Of a DNA stretch of 36,385 bases, positions 8,922-19,274 are shown in pieces (the stretch's first letter is position 1; each line of letters starts with the position of its first letter). Both the position numbers and the translations under genes were made by a program. Origin of the DNA: Myxococcota bacterium (GTDB taxonomy: Bacteria > Myxococcota > JACRCW01); the NCBI GenBank assembly GCA_040752415.1, contig JBFMGU010000097.1, positions 1-36,385 of the forward strand. Reading direction: 5' to 3'. Below the pieces are notes generated by a model. That model did not search any database. It saw nothing but the letters and a program-made list of their open reading frames with translations, and had not been told where the DNA came from.

Positions 8922-9263
8922 TCAGGTACGCATGGTCAGGCCCTGCTCCACGGCGAGCGAGGGGCCCAGCACCATCTTGAACACGCGGTGCGCGGCGCCG
9001 TTGAGGCGCTCGTGGAGCTGCTGGCGGACCTGCTCGGCCAGAACGTGCTCGCTCACGTCCTGCGCCAGCGCGTCAAACGCCTTGCCGTCGGCGCGGACCA
9101 CGCGCGCGCGGGCTTCCGCCACCAGGGCCTGGCACAGCGGGTTGTCGTGGCGCATGGCCAGCCAGATCACGCCTTCCGCGCTCAGGCCCAGCACGGTGCG
9201 CACCGCGCCCCCCGTCGCCTCGACCACAAACGCGCTCACGCCATCCTTGATGCCCGTCTCCAT
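8922..9263 (-). CDS. Hypothetical protein
   Basis: ATG at 9263 preceded by GGAGG; high GC3 codon usage; lies downstream of mvk on the same strand. Confidence 0.65.
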   Translation of the reverse strand: METGIKDGVSAFVVEATGGAVRTVLGLSAEGVIWLAMRHDNPLCQALVAEARARVVRADGKAFDALAQDVSEHVLAEQVRQQLHERLNGAAHRVFKMVLGPSLAVEQGLTMRT

Positions 9264-9328
9264 GATTCCCTCCGTGCTCTCCTGAGATACGTTGCCCAGC
9301 ACCCACCGGCTCGACGACAGCCGGCGCC

Positions 9329-10309
9329 TCACCCCAACTCACATGCAAACGCGCTGGCACCGCGGGCGCGGAAGGCCAGCACCAGCTGACGCGCCCGGTC
9401 CGGGTCCCCGTCGGTGAGCGCGATCATGGCGCCGCCCACACCCGCGCCGGTGAGCTTGGCGCCCAGGGCGCCCTGGCTCCGCGCGAACTGCACCAGCCCG
9501 TCGAGGTCCGAGCTGCTGACGCCCAGCGCGCTGAGGATGCCGTGCGCCAGGTCCATCAGCTCACCCAGCGTCACCAAGTCACCCTTCTCGACGGCAGCGG
9601 TGCCTTCCGTGCACAGCGCGCCCAGCTCGCCCAGCAGGAGGTCCAGCGTGCGGGGATGCCGGTCCCGACGTCGCCGCAGCCCCTCCACCGCCTCCTTGGT
9701 GCCCACGTGCGGCCGCTCCAGCGCCACCACCACGGGGATGGGACGCGCGGCGTTCACCGGGCGGATGCTCGGGGTGCCGCCGGGAGAGCGCTGGAACTGG
9801 ATGACGCCGCCGCGCACCACGGTGGCCTGGTCCACGCCGCTGGGGTTGCCATGGAAGACCTGCTCGGCGGCGTGCACCACCTCCGTGAGCCGATCGACGG
9901 TGAGCTCACGCCCGGCCGCCGCCGCCAGCGCACGCGCCGACGCCACGGTGAGCGCCGCGGAGCTCCCCAGGCCCGCGCCCAGCGGCAGGCGGTCCTCCGC
10001 CACCAGCGCCACCTGCGTCAGCTCCGGCGCCACCGCCGCACGCACGCGCTCCAGCGCCACGGACAGCGGGGCACTTCCCTCCTCACCGCTGAGTGGAGCC
10101 ACCACGCCCCAGCGCGGCGCGCGCAGGCGCGGCCCCTCCTCGTCCTTCTCCACGACGACGCGCACGCCCCGGTCCAAGGCCGCCGCCAGCGCGGGCTGGC
10201 CGTAGACCACCGCGTGCTCACCCAGGACGATGATCTTGCCCGGAGCGGAGCCGGTGCCGAGGACGGTCTGCGTCTTCCTGGTGGTGGGCGCGGCGGTGAC
10301 TTCAGCCAT
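9329..10309 (-). CDS. mvk: Mevalonate kinase
   Basis: APGKIIVLGEHAVVYG, GHMP motif PLGAGLGSSAA, HGNPSGVD, GAKLTGAGVGG; overlaps the HMG-CoA reductase stop. Confidence 0.93.
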   Translation of the reverse strand: MAEVTAAPTTRKTQTVLGTGSAPGKIIVLGEHAVVYGQPALAAALDRGVRVVVEKDEEGPRLRAPRWGVVAPLSGEEGSAPLSVALERVRAAVAPELTQVALVAEDRLPLGAGLGSSAALTVASARALAAAAGRELTVDRLTEVVHAAEQVFHGNPSGVDQATVVRGGVIQFQRSPGGTPSIRPVNAARPIPVVVALERPHVGTKEAVEGLRRRRDRHPRTLDLLLGELGALCTEGTAAVEKGDLVTLGELMDLAHGILSALGVSSSDLDGLVQFARSQGALGAKLTGAGVGGAMIALTDGDPDRARQLVLAFRARGASAFACELG

Positions 10310-11690
10310 TGGCGGCCTCCTGCTGCGCCGGCAGCGCGGTCTTGCGGTTCTCGCCGCGGGCTACATCCTCGTCGGAGGCCTTGAGCAGCTCCGCCAGGAT
10401 CTCCTTGGCCACGTCCAGCTTCACGTGACCACGGGAGACCAGCGCACGCGCCACCTGGTCCACCAGGTTGCCGCTGGCGCCCGCCGCCAACGCCACCTGC
10501 CGCGCGTGCAGGCTCATGTGACCGCGCTGGATGCCCTCGGTGGCCAGCGCCTTGAGCGCGCCCAGGTTCTGGGAGAGGCCCACCGCGGCCATGATGCCCG
10601 CCAGGTCCGCCGCGCCCTCGATGTTGAGGATGGTGCGACACGCCAGCACGGCGGGATGCAGGCTGGTGGTGCCGCCAATCACGCCCACCGCCATGGGCAG
10701 CTCGATGCTGCCGTGCAGCGCGTCGTTGGCCACCCAGTAGCGGGTCAGGCTCTGGTAGCGCCCCGACCGCGCCGCGTACGCGTGGGCCCCGGCCTCCACC
10801 GAGCGCCAGTCATTGCCGGTGGCCAGCGCCACGGCGTCAATGCCGTTGAGGATGCCCTTGTTGTGCGTGGCGGCGCGGTACGGGTCCCGACGCGCAAAGC
10901 GCCAGGCGTCGACGACACCCTGCGCCACCTCGTGCCCCTCGTAGCCCTTCCCCTCCAGGGAGGTGAACGGGATCTTGCAGGCGGCGCGCGCCAGGCGCAG
11001 GTCCGCCAGGTTGGAGAGGATGCGCAAGAGCACCCGCCCGCCGGTCAGCTCCTCGACGAGCGTGGCCACGCCCTCGGCCATCTCGTTCACCGCGTTCGCG
11101 CCCATGGCCTCGCGGCAGTCGATGATGAGGTGGACCACCAGCATGTCGCCGCCACCGTCGGTGTGGCCGTGGTCATCCGGCTCATCCTTGAGCACGCGCG
11201 CTTCCACGCGCAGGCAGCCGCCACCCCGCGCGGCCATGCGCGGCGCACACGCGTTGGCCGCGGCCACCACGCGCTCCGCGTTGTCCATCACCGCCTTGCG
11301 CGCGGCCTCCGCGTCGGCCAGGTCCACCACCTGCACCTGCCCGATCATCAGCGGCGGGTCGGCGTCCGCGGTGAAACCGCCACCGTCGCGCGCCAGGCGC
11401 GCAATGTGGCTCACCGCCGCAATCACCGAGGGCTCCTCCACCGCCATGGGGATGATGCGGTCCTTGCCGTTGATGACGAAGTTGAGGCCCAGGCCCACGG
11501 GCATGCCCAGGATGCCCACGCAGTTCTCGACCATCTTGTCCGCCACCTCCAACGTCAGCCCGCCCTCCGGGCTGAGCGCCTTGAGGTGTTCCGGTGCCAG
11601 CTCCAGGTGGTGCTGCATCACCTGGCGACGCTCATGCACAGGCAGTTGGTAGAAGCCTTGGATGCGGGAGGAGGGGCGGTGCTTGCTCAT
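10302..11690 (-). CDS. mvaA: Hydroxymethylglutaryl-CoA reductase, class II
   Basis: ENCVG, MAVEEPSVIAA, EAMGANAVN, RAATHNKGILNG, GNDWRSVEAGAH, ATEGIQRGHMSLH. Confidence 0.95.
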   Translation of the reverse strand: MSKHRPSSRIQGFYQLPVHERRQVMQHHLELAPEHLKALSPEGGLTLEVADKMVENCVGILGMPVGLGLNFVINGKDRIIPMAVEEPSVIAAVSHIARLARDGGGFTADADPPLMIGQVQVVDLADAEAARKAVMDNAERVVAAANACAPRMAARGGGCLRVEARVLKDEPDDHGHTDGGGDMLVVHLIIDCREAMGANAVNEMAEGVATLVEELTGGRVLLRILSNLADLRLARAACKIPFTSLEGKGYEGHEVAQGVVDAWRFARRDPYRAATHNKGILNGIDAVALATGNDWRSVEAGAHAYAARSGRYQSLTRYWVANDALHGSIELPMAVGVIGGTTSLHPAVLACRTILNIEGAADLAGIMAAVGLSQNLGALKALATEGIQRGHMSLHARQVALAAGASGNLVDQVARALVSRGHVKLDVAKEILAELLKASDEDVARGENRKTALPAQQEAANG

Positions 11691-12138
11691 GGTGGGTGCA
11701 GGCTCAGGGCGCCGCCAACGGGCGGGCGGCGGGCATGTAACCACCCGCCCCCCGTCCTGGGAATAAGCGCGAATTCAGGACCGGATGACATCCCGCCCCA
11801 CGCCGCGGCCACGCTGCAAGTCTCCGTCAGGACTGGGGATTTACTCCTGCCAACACCCGACGCGCGTCCCCCATGCCCACCGCGAGGGAGCGCTGGCACC
11901 CATGCGGTGGCGGGATCTGCGACGCGCCTTTGGCGTGGGCGTGCGGGCTTGAGCGCGTGAGAACGTGGGCGGCGTCGGAAGGATGGTTGCCGCGTCGACA
12001 GGGGTGGGGGGCATGGGGCATGACGCGGCGTCCTGAACGCGGTCCGTGGAGCCCCGGATGTGCCCTTCTTCCGACGACAAGCCTGAGCACGCAAGTGAAG
12101 CAGATGCGCCTGCCAACACTTGGGCTATACCCCGCCCC

Positions 12139-14670
12139 ATGACTGCACCCCTGGAGCTCCCCACCTCCCAGCTGCGCTGGACCGTGGATCCCAAAAGCGT
12201 GGCCGACGTGCTGAAGAAGCCCGTCAAGTCCGCCCGTCCCGGCGCGGTGGGCCAGGAGCGCGCCATGCGGGCCCTGGACGTGGGGCTGGGCATCCGTGAG
12301 CGTGGCTTCAACATCTTCGTGGTGGGCGCCTCCGGCACCGGCCGCACCAGCACCGTGCGCCACCTGCTGGTGGAACGCTCCAAGGCCGAGCCCGTCCCGC
12401 CCGACTGGGTCCTGCTCTACAACTTTGACGACGCCGACCGCCCCCGCGCCGTGCGCCTCCCGCCGGGCGTGGCCCATGAGCTGCGCAAGGACGTGGAGCA
12501 GCTGCTCTCCCTGCTGGGCCAGGAGCTGCCCAAGGCGTTTGAGGGGGATGCCTACCGGCAGCGTCGCCAGCGCGTGGTGGAGCGGCATGCCGCGCGCACG
12601 GAGCGTCGTCTCTCGTCGGTGGAGAAGGAGGCACGGCGACGGGGATTTGCGCTGCAGCGCTCCGCCACCGGGCTGACGCTGGGGCCGGCCAGGCGCGGCG
12701 AGCCCATGAGCGAGGAGGAGTTCCAGAGCCTTCCCGCCAAGGAGCGCGCGCGCCTGCAGCGGCACGGTCACGCCGTGGAGGAGCTGCTGGATGACGCCGT
12801 GCGCGGGATCCGCTCGCTGGAGCGGGAGACGGACCAGGCGCTGGCGGACCTGGACCGCGACGTGGCGCGCGGCGTGGTGACCCCGCTGGTGATGGAAGTG
12901 GCCGACCGCTACCGCCAGTTTGACCAGCTGCGTGAGCACTTCCTGCGCGTCATCGACGACCTGGTGGAGCACGTGGGTGAGTTCCGTCCGCACGAGGAGC
13001 TGCTGGAGCCGGTGACGCAGGATCCCTCCGGCGGCAGCGACGGCGCCCCGCGCCAGATGCCCGCCAGCGCGTTCGAGGGCGACCCGCAGGAATCGGTGAT
13101 GATGCGCTACCGGGTGAACGTGCTGGTGGACAACCGGCAGCAGCGCGGCGCGCCCGTGGTGGAGGAGACGCATCCCACCGCGTTCAACCTGCTGGGCCGC
13201 ATCGAGCACCGGCTGCGCGGCGGAGAGACGGTCACCGACTTCACGCGCATCAAGGCCGGCGCCCTGCACCGCGCCAACGGCGGCTACCTGCTCGTGGACG
13301 CCATGGAGCTGCTGCGGGAGCCGGCGGCGTGGGACGGGCTCAAGCGCGCGCTGAAGAACCGGGCGCTGGAGATCGAGGACGCGGGCGAGCCGGGGCGGAT
13401 GATCAGCATTGCCGCGCTCCGGCCGGAGCCCATCCCGCTGCAGGTGAAGGTCGTCATCGTGGGGACGCCGGACCTCTACTACACGCTCTCCAAGACCGAC
13501 CCGGACTTCCAGAAGCTCTTCAAGGTCAAGGCCGACTTCGACGTGGAGATGATGCGCACCCAGAGCCGGCTCAAGGGCTTTGCGTCATTTGTCGTCGGGA
13601 TGGCCAAGGAGGAAGGGCTCAAGCCATTTGATGAGAAGGGGCTGGCCAAGGTGCTGGAGCACGCCACGCGGCTGGCCTCCGACCGTCGCAAGCTCACCGC
13701 GCGCTTTGGTGAGATTGCGGACCTGGTGCGGGAGGCGAGCTTCTGGGCCACGCGGCGCAAGAGCCCGCGCATTGGCGCCCGCGACGTCAACGAGGCGCTG
13801 GAGGCGCGTCGTGACCGGGAGAAGTTCCTGGAGGAGCGCATGCGCGAGGCGGTGCGCGACGGCTCCATCCGCATCGAGACCAGCGGCAGCGTGGTGGGCC
13901 AGATCAACGGGCTCACCGTGGTGGAGCTGGGCAGCTACAGCTTTGGTCACCCCAGCCGCATCACCACGCGCGTGTACGTGGGCCGCAACGGGCTCGTCGA
14001 CATTGAGCGTGAGGTGGACCTGGCCGGCCCCATCCACACCAAGGGCGTGCTGATCCTGCAGGGCCTGCTGGGTGATCGCTTTGGTCGGCAGCGGCCGCTG
14101 CGACTGGGCGCCACGTTGTGCATGGAGCAGAGCTACAGCGACGTGGAAGGCGACAGCGCCAGCCTGGCGGAGGCCCTGGCGTTGCTGTCCGCGATTGCAC
14201 GCGTGCCCATCAAGCAGGGCCTGGCGGTGACGGGCAGCCTGGACCAGCTGGGCAACGTGCAGCCGGTGGGCGGCGTCAACGAGAAGATTGAAGGCTTCTT
14301 CGAGACGTGCGAGCAGCAGCGGCTGACCGGCAAGCAGGGCGTGGTGATTCCCGCGGGCAACGTGGTGGAGCTGATGCTGCGCGAGGACATCATCCAGGCC
14401 GTGGAGCAGGGCCGTTTCCACGTCTACGCGGTCTCGACGGTGGAGCAGGCCATGGAGCTTCTCACCGACGTGCCCTTTGGCGCGCCCGACCGCGACGGCC
14501 ACTACCCGCCGGGCACCGTGGGCCACCGCTGCGAGCGCGCGCTGGAGGAGTTGAACCAAGCGTGGCTGCGCAGCACGCGCCAACCGCGGGAAGGCAGGAC
14601 CCCCAGGCTGCGCGCGGTGACGCCGTCCAGCCCGGTCACGCGCGCCGCGCGCTCCGCCCGTCCGCGCTGA
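12139..14670 (+). CDS. Lon-like (LonB/LonC-type, S16) protease
   Basis: GQERAMRAL, GASGTGRTS, GALHRANGGYL, GQINGL, Ser-Lys dyad motifs EGDSAS and GGVNEKIEGF. ATG 12139 chosen as start. Confidence 0.9.
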   Translation: MTAPLELPTSQLRWTVDPKSVADVLKKPVKSARPGAVGQERAMRALDVGLGIRERGFNIFVVGASGTGRTSTVRHLLVERSKAEPVPPDWVLLYNFDDADRPRAVRLPPGVAHELRKDVEQLLSLLGQELPKAFEGDAYRQRRQRVVERHAARTERRLSSVEKEARRRGFALQRSATGLTLGPARRGEPMSEEEFQSLPAKERARLQRHGHAVEELLDDAVRGIRSLERETDQALADLDRDVARGVVTPLVMEVADRYRQFDQLREHFLRVIDDLVEHVGEFRPHEELLEPVTQDPSGGSDGAPRQMPASAFEGDPQESVMMRYRVNVLVDNRQQRGAPVVEETHPTAFNLLGRIEHRLRGGETVTDFTRIKAGALHRANGGYLLVDAMELLREPAAWDGLKRALKNRALEIEDAGEPGRMISIAALRPEPIPLQVKVVIVGTPDLYYTLSKTDPDFQKLFKVKADFDVEMMRTQSRLKGFASFVVGMAKEEGLKPFDEKGLAKVLEHATRLASDRRKLTARFGEIADLVREASFWATRRKSPRIGARDVNEALEARRDREKFLEERMREAVRDGSIRIETSGSVVGQINGLTVVELGSYSFGHPSRITTRVYVGRNGLVDIEREVDLAGPIHTKGVLILQGLLGDRFGRQRPLRLGATLCMEQSYSDVEGDSASLAEALALLSAIARVPIKQGLAVTGSLDQLGNVQPVGGVNEKIEGFFETCEQQRLTGKQGVVIPAGNVVELMLREDIIQAVEQGRFHVYAVSTVEQAMELLTDVPFGAPDRDGHYPPGTVGHRCERALEELNQAWLRSTRQPREGRTPRLRAVTPSSPVTRAARSARPR

Positions 14671-14676
14671 GAGACC

Positions 14677-15750
14677 TCACTCCGCGTTGTCGCGCGACCA
14701 GACCAGCGGCACGGTGACGCGCGCCGGTCCCAGCGTCGCGGCGGAGATGCTGGCTCCCCGCGCTTCCGCCATCAGGCATTTCTGCAGCGGCTCGTTGTCC
14801 AGGCTGGCCACCATCACGTTGGCGTCCTTGATGCCCCCGCCCTTCTCGACGTCCAGCGCCAGCACCACGCCGCCTTCCGCGCCCTGGCCGTGACGCGTGT
14901 AGCACTCCTGCAGGCTGCCGCGTCGGGCCTCCATGGCGCTCAGCACGGTGCCTGCCGCGTCGCCGGCGCCGTCGGGCGCGCCAATGCGCAGGTTGGTGTC
15001 ACCCAGCAGCGCCTGCGCCACCGCGGGGGTCTGCCGGCCCTTCTCCGTGATGAAGCGCCCGTAGCGCCGACCACTCTGCGCGTCGACGAGCTCCCCGCCC
15101 AGGTAGGTCACCGCCAGCTGGTACGCGCCGCTGCTGGGACGGGTGGAGCACGGCTCGCCCTTGAGGGTGTCCTGCTCGTCCTCCACGTCGGGGTCCGCGT
15201 CCAGGTGCACGTAGAGGGTGAGGTTGAGCTTGCCCTTGTCCTTGGCCACGGCGGCCTCCTGGGCCACGCCCACGGGGAGGTCGGCCACCAGCGGCTCCGC
15301 GGAGGCGCTCCACAACGTCAGCGTGCCGCGCATGAGGTGGAAGCCGCGGGAGGTGTCCAGGGTGAGGCGTCCCTCGGCGGGGGCGTAGTCCTCGAACTGG
15401 AAGCGGTCCGAGGGGATGCGCACCAGGTAGATGCGTTCCAGCGCCGTGCGCCGCGCCTCGGCCGCGGACGCACCGGCCAGCCGACGACGGATCACGTCAT
15501 CACCGCCGCGGGTGGGCTCGTTGGCGGGAATCCGGACGTCCCGGCACAGCTTGTCCAGGGTTGCCGGGTCCCTCAGCTCCACGGCACCCGGGACGTCGGG
15601 GGTGGCCTTCTGCGGCGCGGCGGGTGCGGGCGCGGCCCCCTTCTGGGCCGGGGCGGCCGGCGCGGGCGCGGGTGGCTGCGCGCGGGCGGTCATCCCCGTC
15701 GTCACCAGACCCGCGAGAAGAATGGAACGGCACCAGGTGCAAGCTTGCAT
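14677..15750 (-). CDS. Exported protein with C-terminal AgmX/PglI (TonB-C-like) domain
   Basis: Signal-like N-terminus and Pro/Ala linker; C-terminal LQECY…GGVVLALDV…V…SL…LQKCL…VTVPLVW pattern. Confidence 0.65.
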   Translation of the reverse strand: MQACTWCRSILLAGLVTTGMTARAQPPAPAPAAPAQKGAAPAPAAPQKATPDVPGAVELRDPATLDKLCRDVRIPANEPTRGGDDVIRRRLAGASAAEARRTALERIYLVRIPSDRFQFEDYAPAEGRLTLDTSRGFHLMRGTLTLWSASAEPLVADLPVGVAQEAAVAKDKGKLNLTLYVHLDADPDVEDEQDTLKGEPCSTRPSSGAYQLAVTYLGGELVDAQSGRRYGRFITEKGRQTPAVAQALLGDTNLRIGAPDGAGDAAGTVLSAMEARRGSLQECYTRHGQGAEGGVVLALDVEKGGGIKDANVMVASLDNEPLQKCLMAEARGASISAATLGPARVTVPLVWSRDNAE

Positions 15751-16029
15751 GTCGGTCACCCCGGCGCCCGCGACGCACTGCCGCGCGGGGCGCACAAGAC
15801 CAGCCAGATACTTATGGTCCCCCCACTGAGCCTTCAACATTCGCGCCAGGGACGAGACCACCAGGCTCCCGGCGGATCCGGCCCGGCGTCATGAAAGCCC
15901 GCGTCCCCGGCCGCGGTGCGCGCCCCGAGGAGGACCGGGATGTGGGAGGCGTGAACGGGAGTTTGACAAGGAGCGTCGCCATCGCCCAAAGACGTGGCGT
16001 CCCGGAACCCGATTGTTACGGAAAGTCCC

Positions 16030-16509
16030 ATGCTCTCCCTGCGTACGGTCCTCCTCTCCGCGGTCTCCCTGCTGGCGCTGACCACCGGCTGCAAGCCCAC
16101 CCTGATTCCCAACAGCGACGTGGAGAGCACTCCACGCAACCGCGAGCTGGCCGACGTCATGGAGAACTACCGCAAGGCGCTGGAGAGCAAGGACGTGAAC
16201 GCGGTGCTGGCGCTGGTGAGCACGGAGTACTTCGAGGACAACGGCACCTCGGACCCTTCCGACGACTACAACTTCGAGGGGCTGCGCCAGCACCTGACGG
16301 AGGACCTGCAGCGGGTGCAAGCGTTGCGCGTGTCCATCCGGATGCGTCGGGTGGAGGTGGACGGGGACCGGGCGCAGGTGGACTACCGCTTCCAGACGCG
16401 GGCGCTGGTGAGCTTTCCCAGCCAGGAGCAGTGGATCACCAAGACGGACGACAACCGCATCAGCCTGCGCCGGGAAGGCGGGCGGTGGCGGATTGTGGCC
16501 GGACTGTAG
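16030..16509 (+). CDS. Lipoprotein with NTF2/SnoaL-like domain
   Basis: Lipobox LTTGC; YRKALESKDVNAVLALVS…Y…; C-terminal LRREGGRWRIVAGL. Confidence 0.8.
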   Translation: MLSLRTVLLSAVSLLALTTGCKPTLIPNSDVESTPRNRELADVMENYRKALESKDVNAVLALVSTEYFEDNGTSDPSDDYNFEGLRQHLTEDLQRVQALRVSIRMRRVEVDGDRAQVDYRFQTRALVSFPSQEQWITKTDDNRISLRREGGRWRIVAGL

Positions 16510-16540
16510 GCCCTGACCGCTTTGTGCTACGCGTCTCCTC

Positions 16541-17062
16541 GTGCCTGAGACGCTGGAAGACCTGCTGCGGAAGGCAGACCGCCTGGGCAAGGAGGCGTTC
16601 TGCGCCCGCTACCCGCACCCCTTCATGGTGCGGCTTGATGAGCGCGGCGGGGTGGATGAGCCCAGTCCGTGGGCATTCAGCACCATGGCTTCCAAGCTGG
16701 ATGTCCCGCGCGTGCCGCCCGCCGGTCCCATGGCCAAGGCCTTTGAGCTGCTCAAAAGCAGCGGCAAAGGTGGCAGGGACATGATCAGTCTGGGCAGGAC
16801 CAACAACAACGACGTGGTCATCCCGGAGATGTCCGTCTCCAAGTTCCACGCGTTCTTCAAGGTGGCCGGGGACCGCAACTGGCAGCTCGTCGACGCGGGC
16901 AGCAGCAACGGCACGCGCGTCAATGGGCAGAAACTTGCAGCCAAGGCGCCCACGCCAGTGCAGAGCGGGGACACCGTGGTGCTGGGCGACGTGGCGTTCC
17001 TGTTCCTGTGGCCGGAGCAGTTGGTGGAGCAGCTGCCGAGCCTGTGTCGGCCGGTGGGCTGA
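16541..17062 (+). CDS. FHA domain protein
   Basis: LGRTNNNDVVI…SVSKFHA…DAGSSNGTRVNG…SGDTVVLG. Confidence 0.9.
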   Translation: MPETLEDLLRKADRLGKEAFCARYPHPFMVRLDERGGVDEPSPWAFSTMASKLDVPRVPPAGPMAKAFELLKSSGKGGRDMISLGRTNNNDVVIPEMSVSKFHAFFKVAGDRNWQLVDAGSSNGTRVNGQKLAAKAPTPVQSGDTVVLGDVAFLFLWPEQLVEQLPSLCRPVG

Positions 17063-17078
17063 GCGGCGGACCAGCCCA

Positions 17079-17167
17079 GCCCGTGCCCGGCTTGAGGGCC
17101 CCTCGCCCGACAGGGTTCCCCGCCGACAACCTCTCCGCCGAAGTGTTCCTACAGACCGGGCACGGGC
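17079..17167. repeat. Palindromic intergenic element, copy 1
   Basis: Perfect 12-bp terminal inverted repeats gcccgtgcccgg (17079-17090) / ccgggcacgggc (17156-17167); homologous to the reverse complement of 20177-20296. Confidence 0.85.
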
Positions 17168-17212
17168 AGGGGCGCGGGCAGGTTTTGTGTTGACCGCTCC
17201 GAGCGCACTTCG

Positions 17213-18202
17213 TCACTCGCCGCGCGAGCGGCCCGGTTCTCCCGCGCGCTCCGGGATGTGACGCACGTTCTCCGTGGGCGTCCCCGGCGGCGGTCGACGA
17301 GGATCCTCCATCAGGTCCAGCTGCAGCAGCGCCATGGGGTCCACGTAGAGGCGGTTCATCTTCACGCCAAAGTGCAGGTGCGGACCGGTCACGCGCCCCG
17401 TGGCCCCGACGGTACCCAGCAGCGCGCCGCGCTTGAGCACCTGACCCACCTTCACGTGGATGTTCGTGAGGTGGAAGTACAGCGTGTGGATCTGCATCCC
17501 GTGGTCCAGCACCACGGTGTTGCCGCTGTAGAAGCAGTTGCGCGCCATCACCACCTTGCCGTCGTTGGCGGCGAAGACGGGGTCGCCGCGCCGGCCGCCG
17601 AGGTCCAGGCCCATGTGCCGGCTCTTGGCCTTGCCGTTGATGGTCCGGTAGGTGCCGTAGCGCGCGGTCACCTCGGTGGGCACGGGCGGCAGGAAGCTGC
17701 CACGCCACCGACGCTCCGACGGGCCCGCGTCCCACAGCGCCTGGAACTGCCTCGCGTCCTCACGCGCCTGCGCCTGCTGCTTGCTGGTGGGCGAGGTGAA
17801 CTTGCGGGAGACGCCCAGCTCGTCGGTGTCGAACTCACCGGAGCGCACCGTGAAAGGCACCTCCACCGTGTGCCACGCTCCTGTCCCGTCCTTCACCCGC
17901 AGGCGCGCCTGCGCCGGACCCTTCTTCTCGTCGATGGCAACGGGCAGCAGCGCGTGCAGCTCACCGCGCGTCCATCCCACCCCCGTCACGCTCCGGCGCG
18001 ACAACGACGCCGTCATCTCCAACAGCGCCACCCGGCCCAGGGGCCGCACCACCACGCGCAGGATCCCGCCCTGCGGCACCGACTCCGGCTCCACCGCGAC
18101 GGAGAACGGCGGCAGCCCTGGCGTTTCCCGGTCGTCGCGCGCCAGCAGCGGGAGCACACCGGTCAGGAGCAGCACCAGCGCCAGGCGGATGCGCGCGTTC
18201 AT
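17213..18202 (-). CDS. M23 family metallopeptidase (exported)
   Basis: Signal peptide; HMGLDL (HxxxD), YFHL, TGPHLHF (HxH); ATGA overlap with the upstream gene. Confidence 0.9.
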   Translation of the reverse strand: MNARIRLALVLLLTGVLPLLARDDRETPGLPPFSVAVEPESVPQGGILRVVVRPLGRVALLEMTASLSRRSVTGVGWTRGELHALLPVAIDEKKGPAQARLRVKDGTGAWHTVEVPFTVRSGEFDTDELGVSRKFTSPTSKQQAQAREDARQFQALWDAGPSERRWRGSFLPPVPTEVTARYGTYRTINGKAKSRHMGLDLGGRRGDPVFAANDGKVVMARNCFYSGNTVVLDHGMQIHTLYFHLTNIHVKVGQVLKRGALLGTVGATGRVTGPHLHFGVKMNRLYVDPMALLQLDLMEDPRRPPPGTPTENVRHIPERAGEPGRSRGE

Positions 18203-19182
18203 GCCGCGGCCCCCACCAGGTCGCGGAAGGCCCGACGGCCGAGCGCGCGCAGCGCCTGCAACCGACGGAAGGGATGCTCGTAGCTCTGGTAGGGGACGTC
18301 GCTGGCGCCTTCCAGCTCGTGCTCCAGGATGCAGGTGGCGGTCTGCTGCGCCGCGGCCAGGCGCGCCTGCGCGTGCAGCGTGCTGCGCTCCGCGTCCGTG
18401 AGCGCCCGAACGCGCGCGTACGAGCGGACGAGCGCCTGACAGCGCGCCGGGTCGAACGCGGTGCGGTCCCAGCCCCACGCGATGAGGCACGCCGCCAGGT
18501 CCTGCACCAGCGCGCCCCGCCCCGCCGACTCGAAACGCGTGAGCGCGCACAGCTGCCCGCCACGGAAGCGCGCCGCGTCCGGCCCCAGGCCGCCGTGGAT
18601 GGTGCCGCCCACGGTGAGTCGACCGCGCGCGCCGCGCAGGAACGCCTGCTCCCGGTGCAGCACGGCGGCCACCTCACGCAGCTCCAGACGGTGGAGCGGG
18701 ACGGCGGCACACAGGCGTCGCAGCACGCGGGGGCGCGCGGGATGGCGTTTGCGTCCGTGGAAGTCGCGCGCGGCGAGATGGAAACGCGCCAGGGCCTCCC
18801 CCACCTGCGCGCACGCGTCGGGCGTGATCTCAAAGACGCCCAGCTCCCGGCCCTCCAACGTCGGGAAGATGGAAACGTACGCGTCGCCCATGGGGATGAA
18901 GTAACCGCCGGCCGCGTTCTTGACCATCCGTGGAATGGCCAGCGCACCCAGCTCACCGGCGCGCTCGGCGAGGTGCAGCAGCAGGTCCTTCTCGTGGACC
19001 ATGTCCCAGAAGGTGGGTTGGGCCACCATCCGCAAGAGGTAGCTCCCGCGACTGGTGGTGACGCGCCAGCACGCCAACCGCCCCGGGGCACGGATGGCCT
19101 GGGCGGAGGTGAAGTCTCCCACGTCATGGAACGCCACCAGGTTGGCAATGGCGTCCTGGGGGATGGTGATGCGGAAGAGCAT
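18199..19182 (-). CDS. Type II homoserine kinase/APH-fold protein with degenerate catalytic motifs
   Basis: Overall ThrB-II pattern (G.YLLR…E..LL.HLA…CAQVGEALARFH…DLA.CL.AW…ALVRSYARVRALT.AE), but HGGLGPDA replaces HxDLxxDN and TRF replaces IDF. Confidence 0.75.
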   Translation of the reverse strand: MLFRITIPQDAIANLVAFHDVGDFTSAQAIRAPGRLACWRVTTSRGSYLLRMVAQPTFWDMVHEKDLLLHLAERAGELGALAIPRMVKNAAGGYFIPMGDAYVSIFPTLEGRELGVFEITPDACAQVGEALARFHLAARDFHGRKRHPARPRVLRRLCAAVPLHRLELREVAAVLHREQAFLRGARGRLTVGGTIHGGLGPDAARFRGGQLCALTRFESAGRGALVQDLAACLIAWGWDRTAFDPARCQALVRSYARVRALTDAERSTLHAQARLAAAQQTATCILEHELEGASDVPYQSYEHPFRRLQALRALGRRAFRDLVGAAA

Positions 19183-19274
19183 GCTGAAAAGGGGCCCGGG
19201 GGCGGGTCGGCATGTTACTTTGAACTCCGCGGTGGAACGCATCCACCCACCGGTCTTGGCAGAAAGGACGTGGC

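Noticed and set aside
12322..12354. Lon-like Walker A with Arg instead of Lys (GASGTGRTS) as a novelty
   Set aside because: Degenerate ATPase motifs are an established feature of LonC-type proteases.
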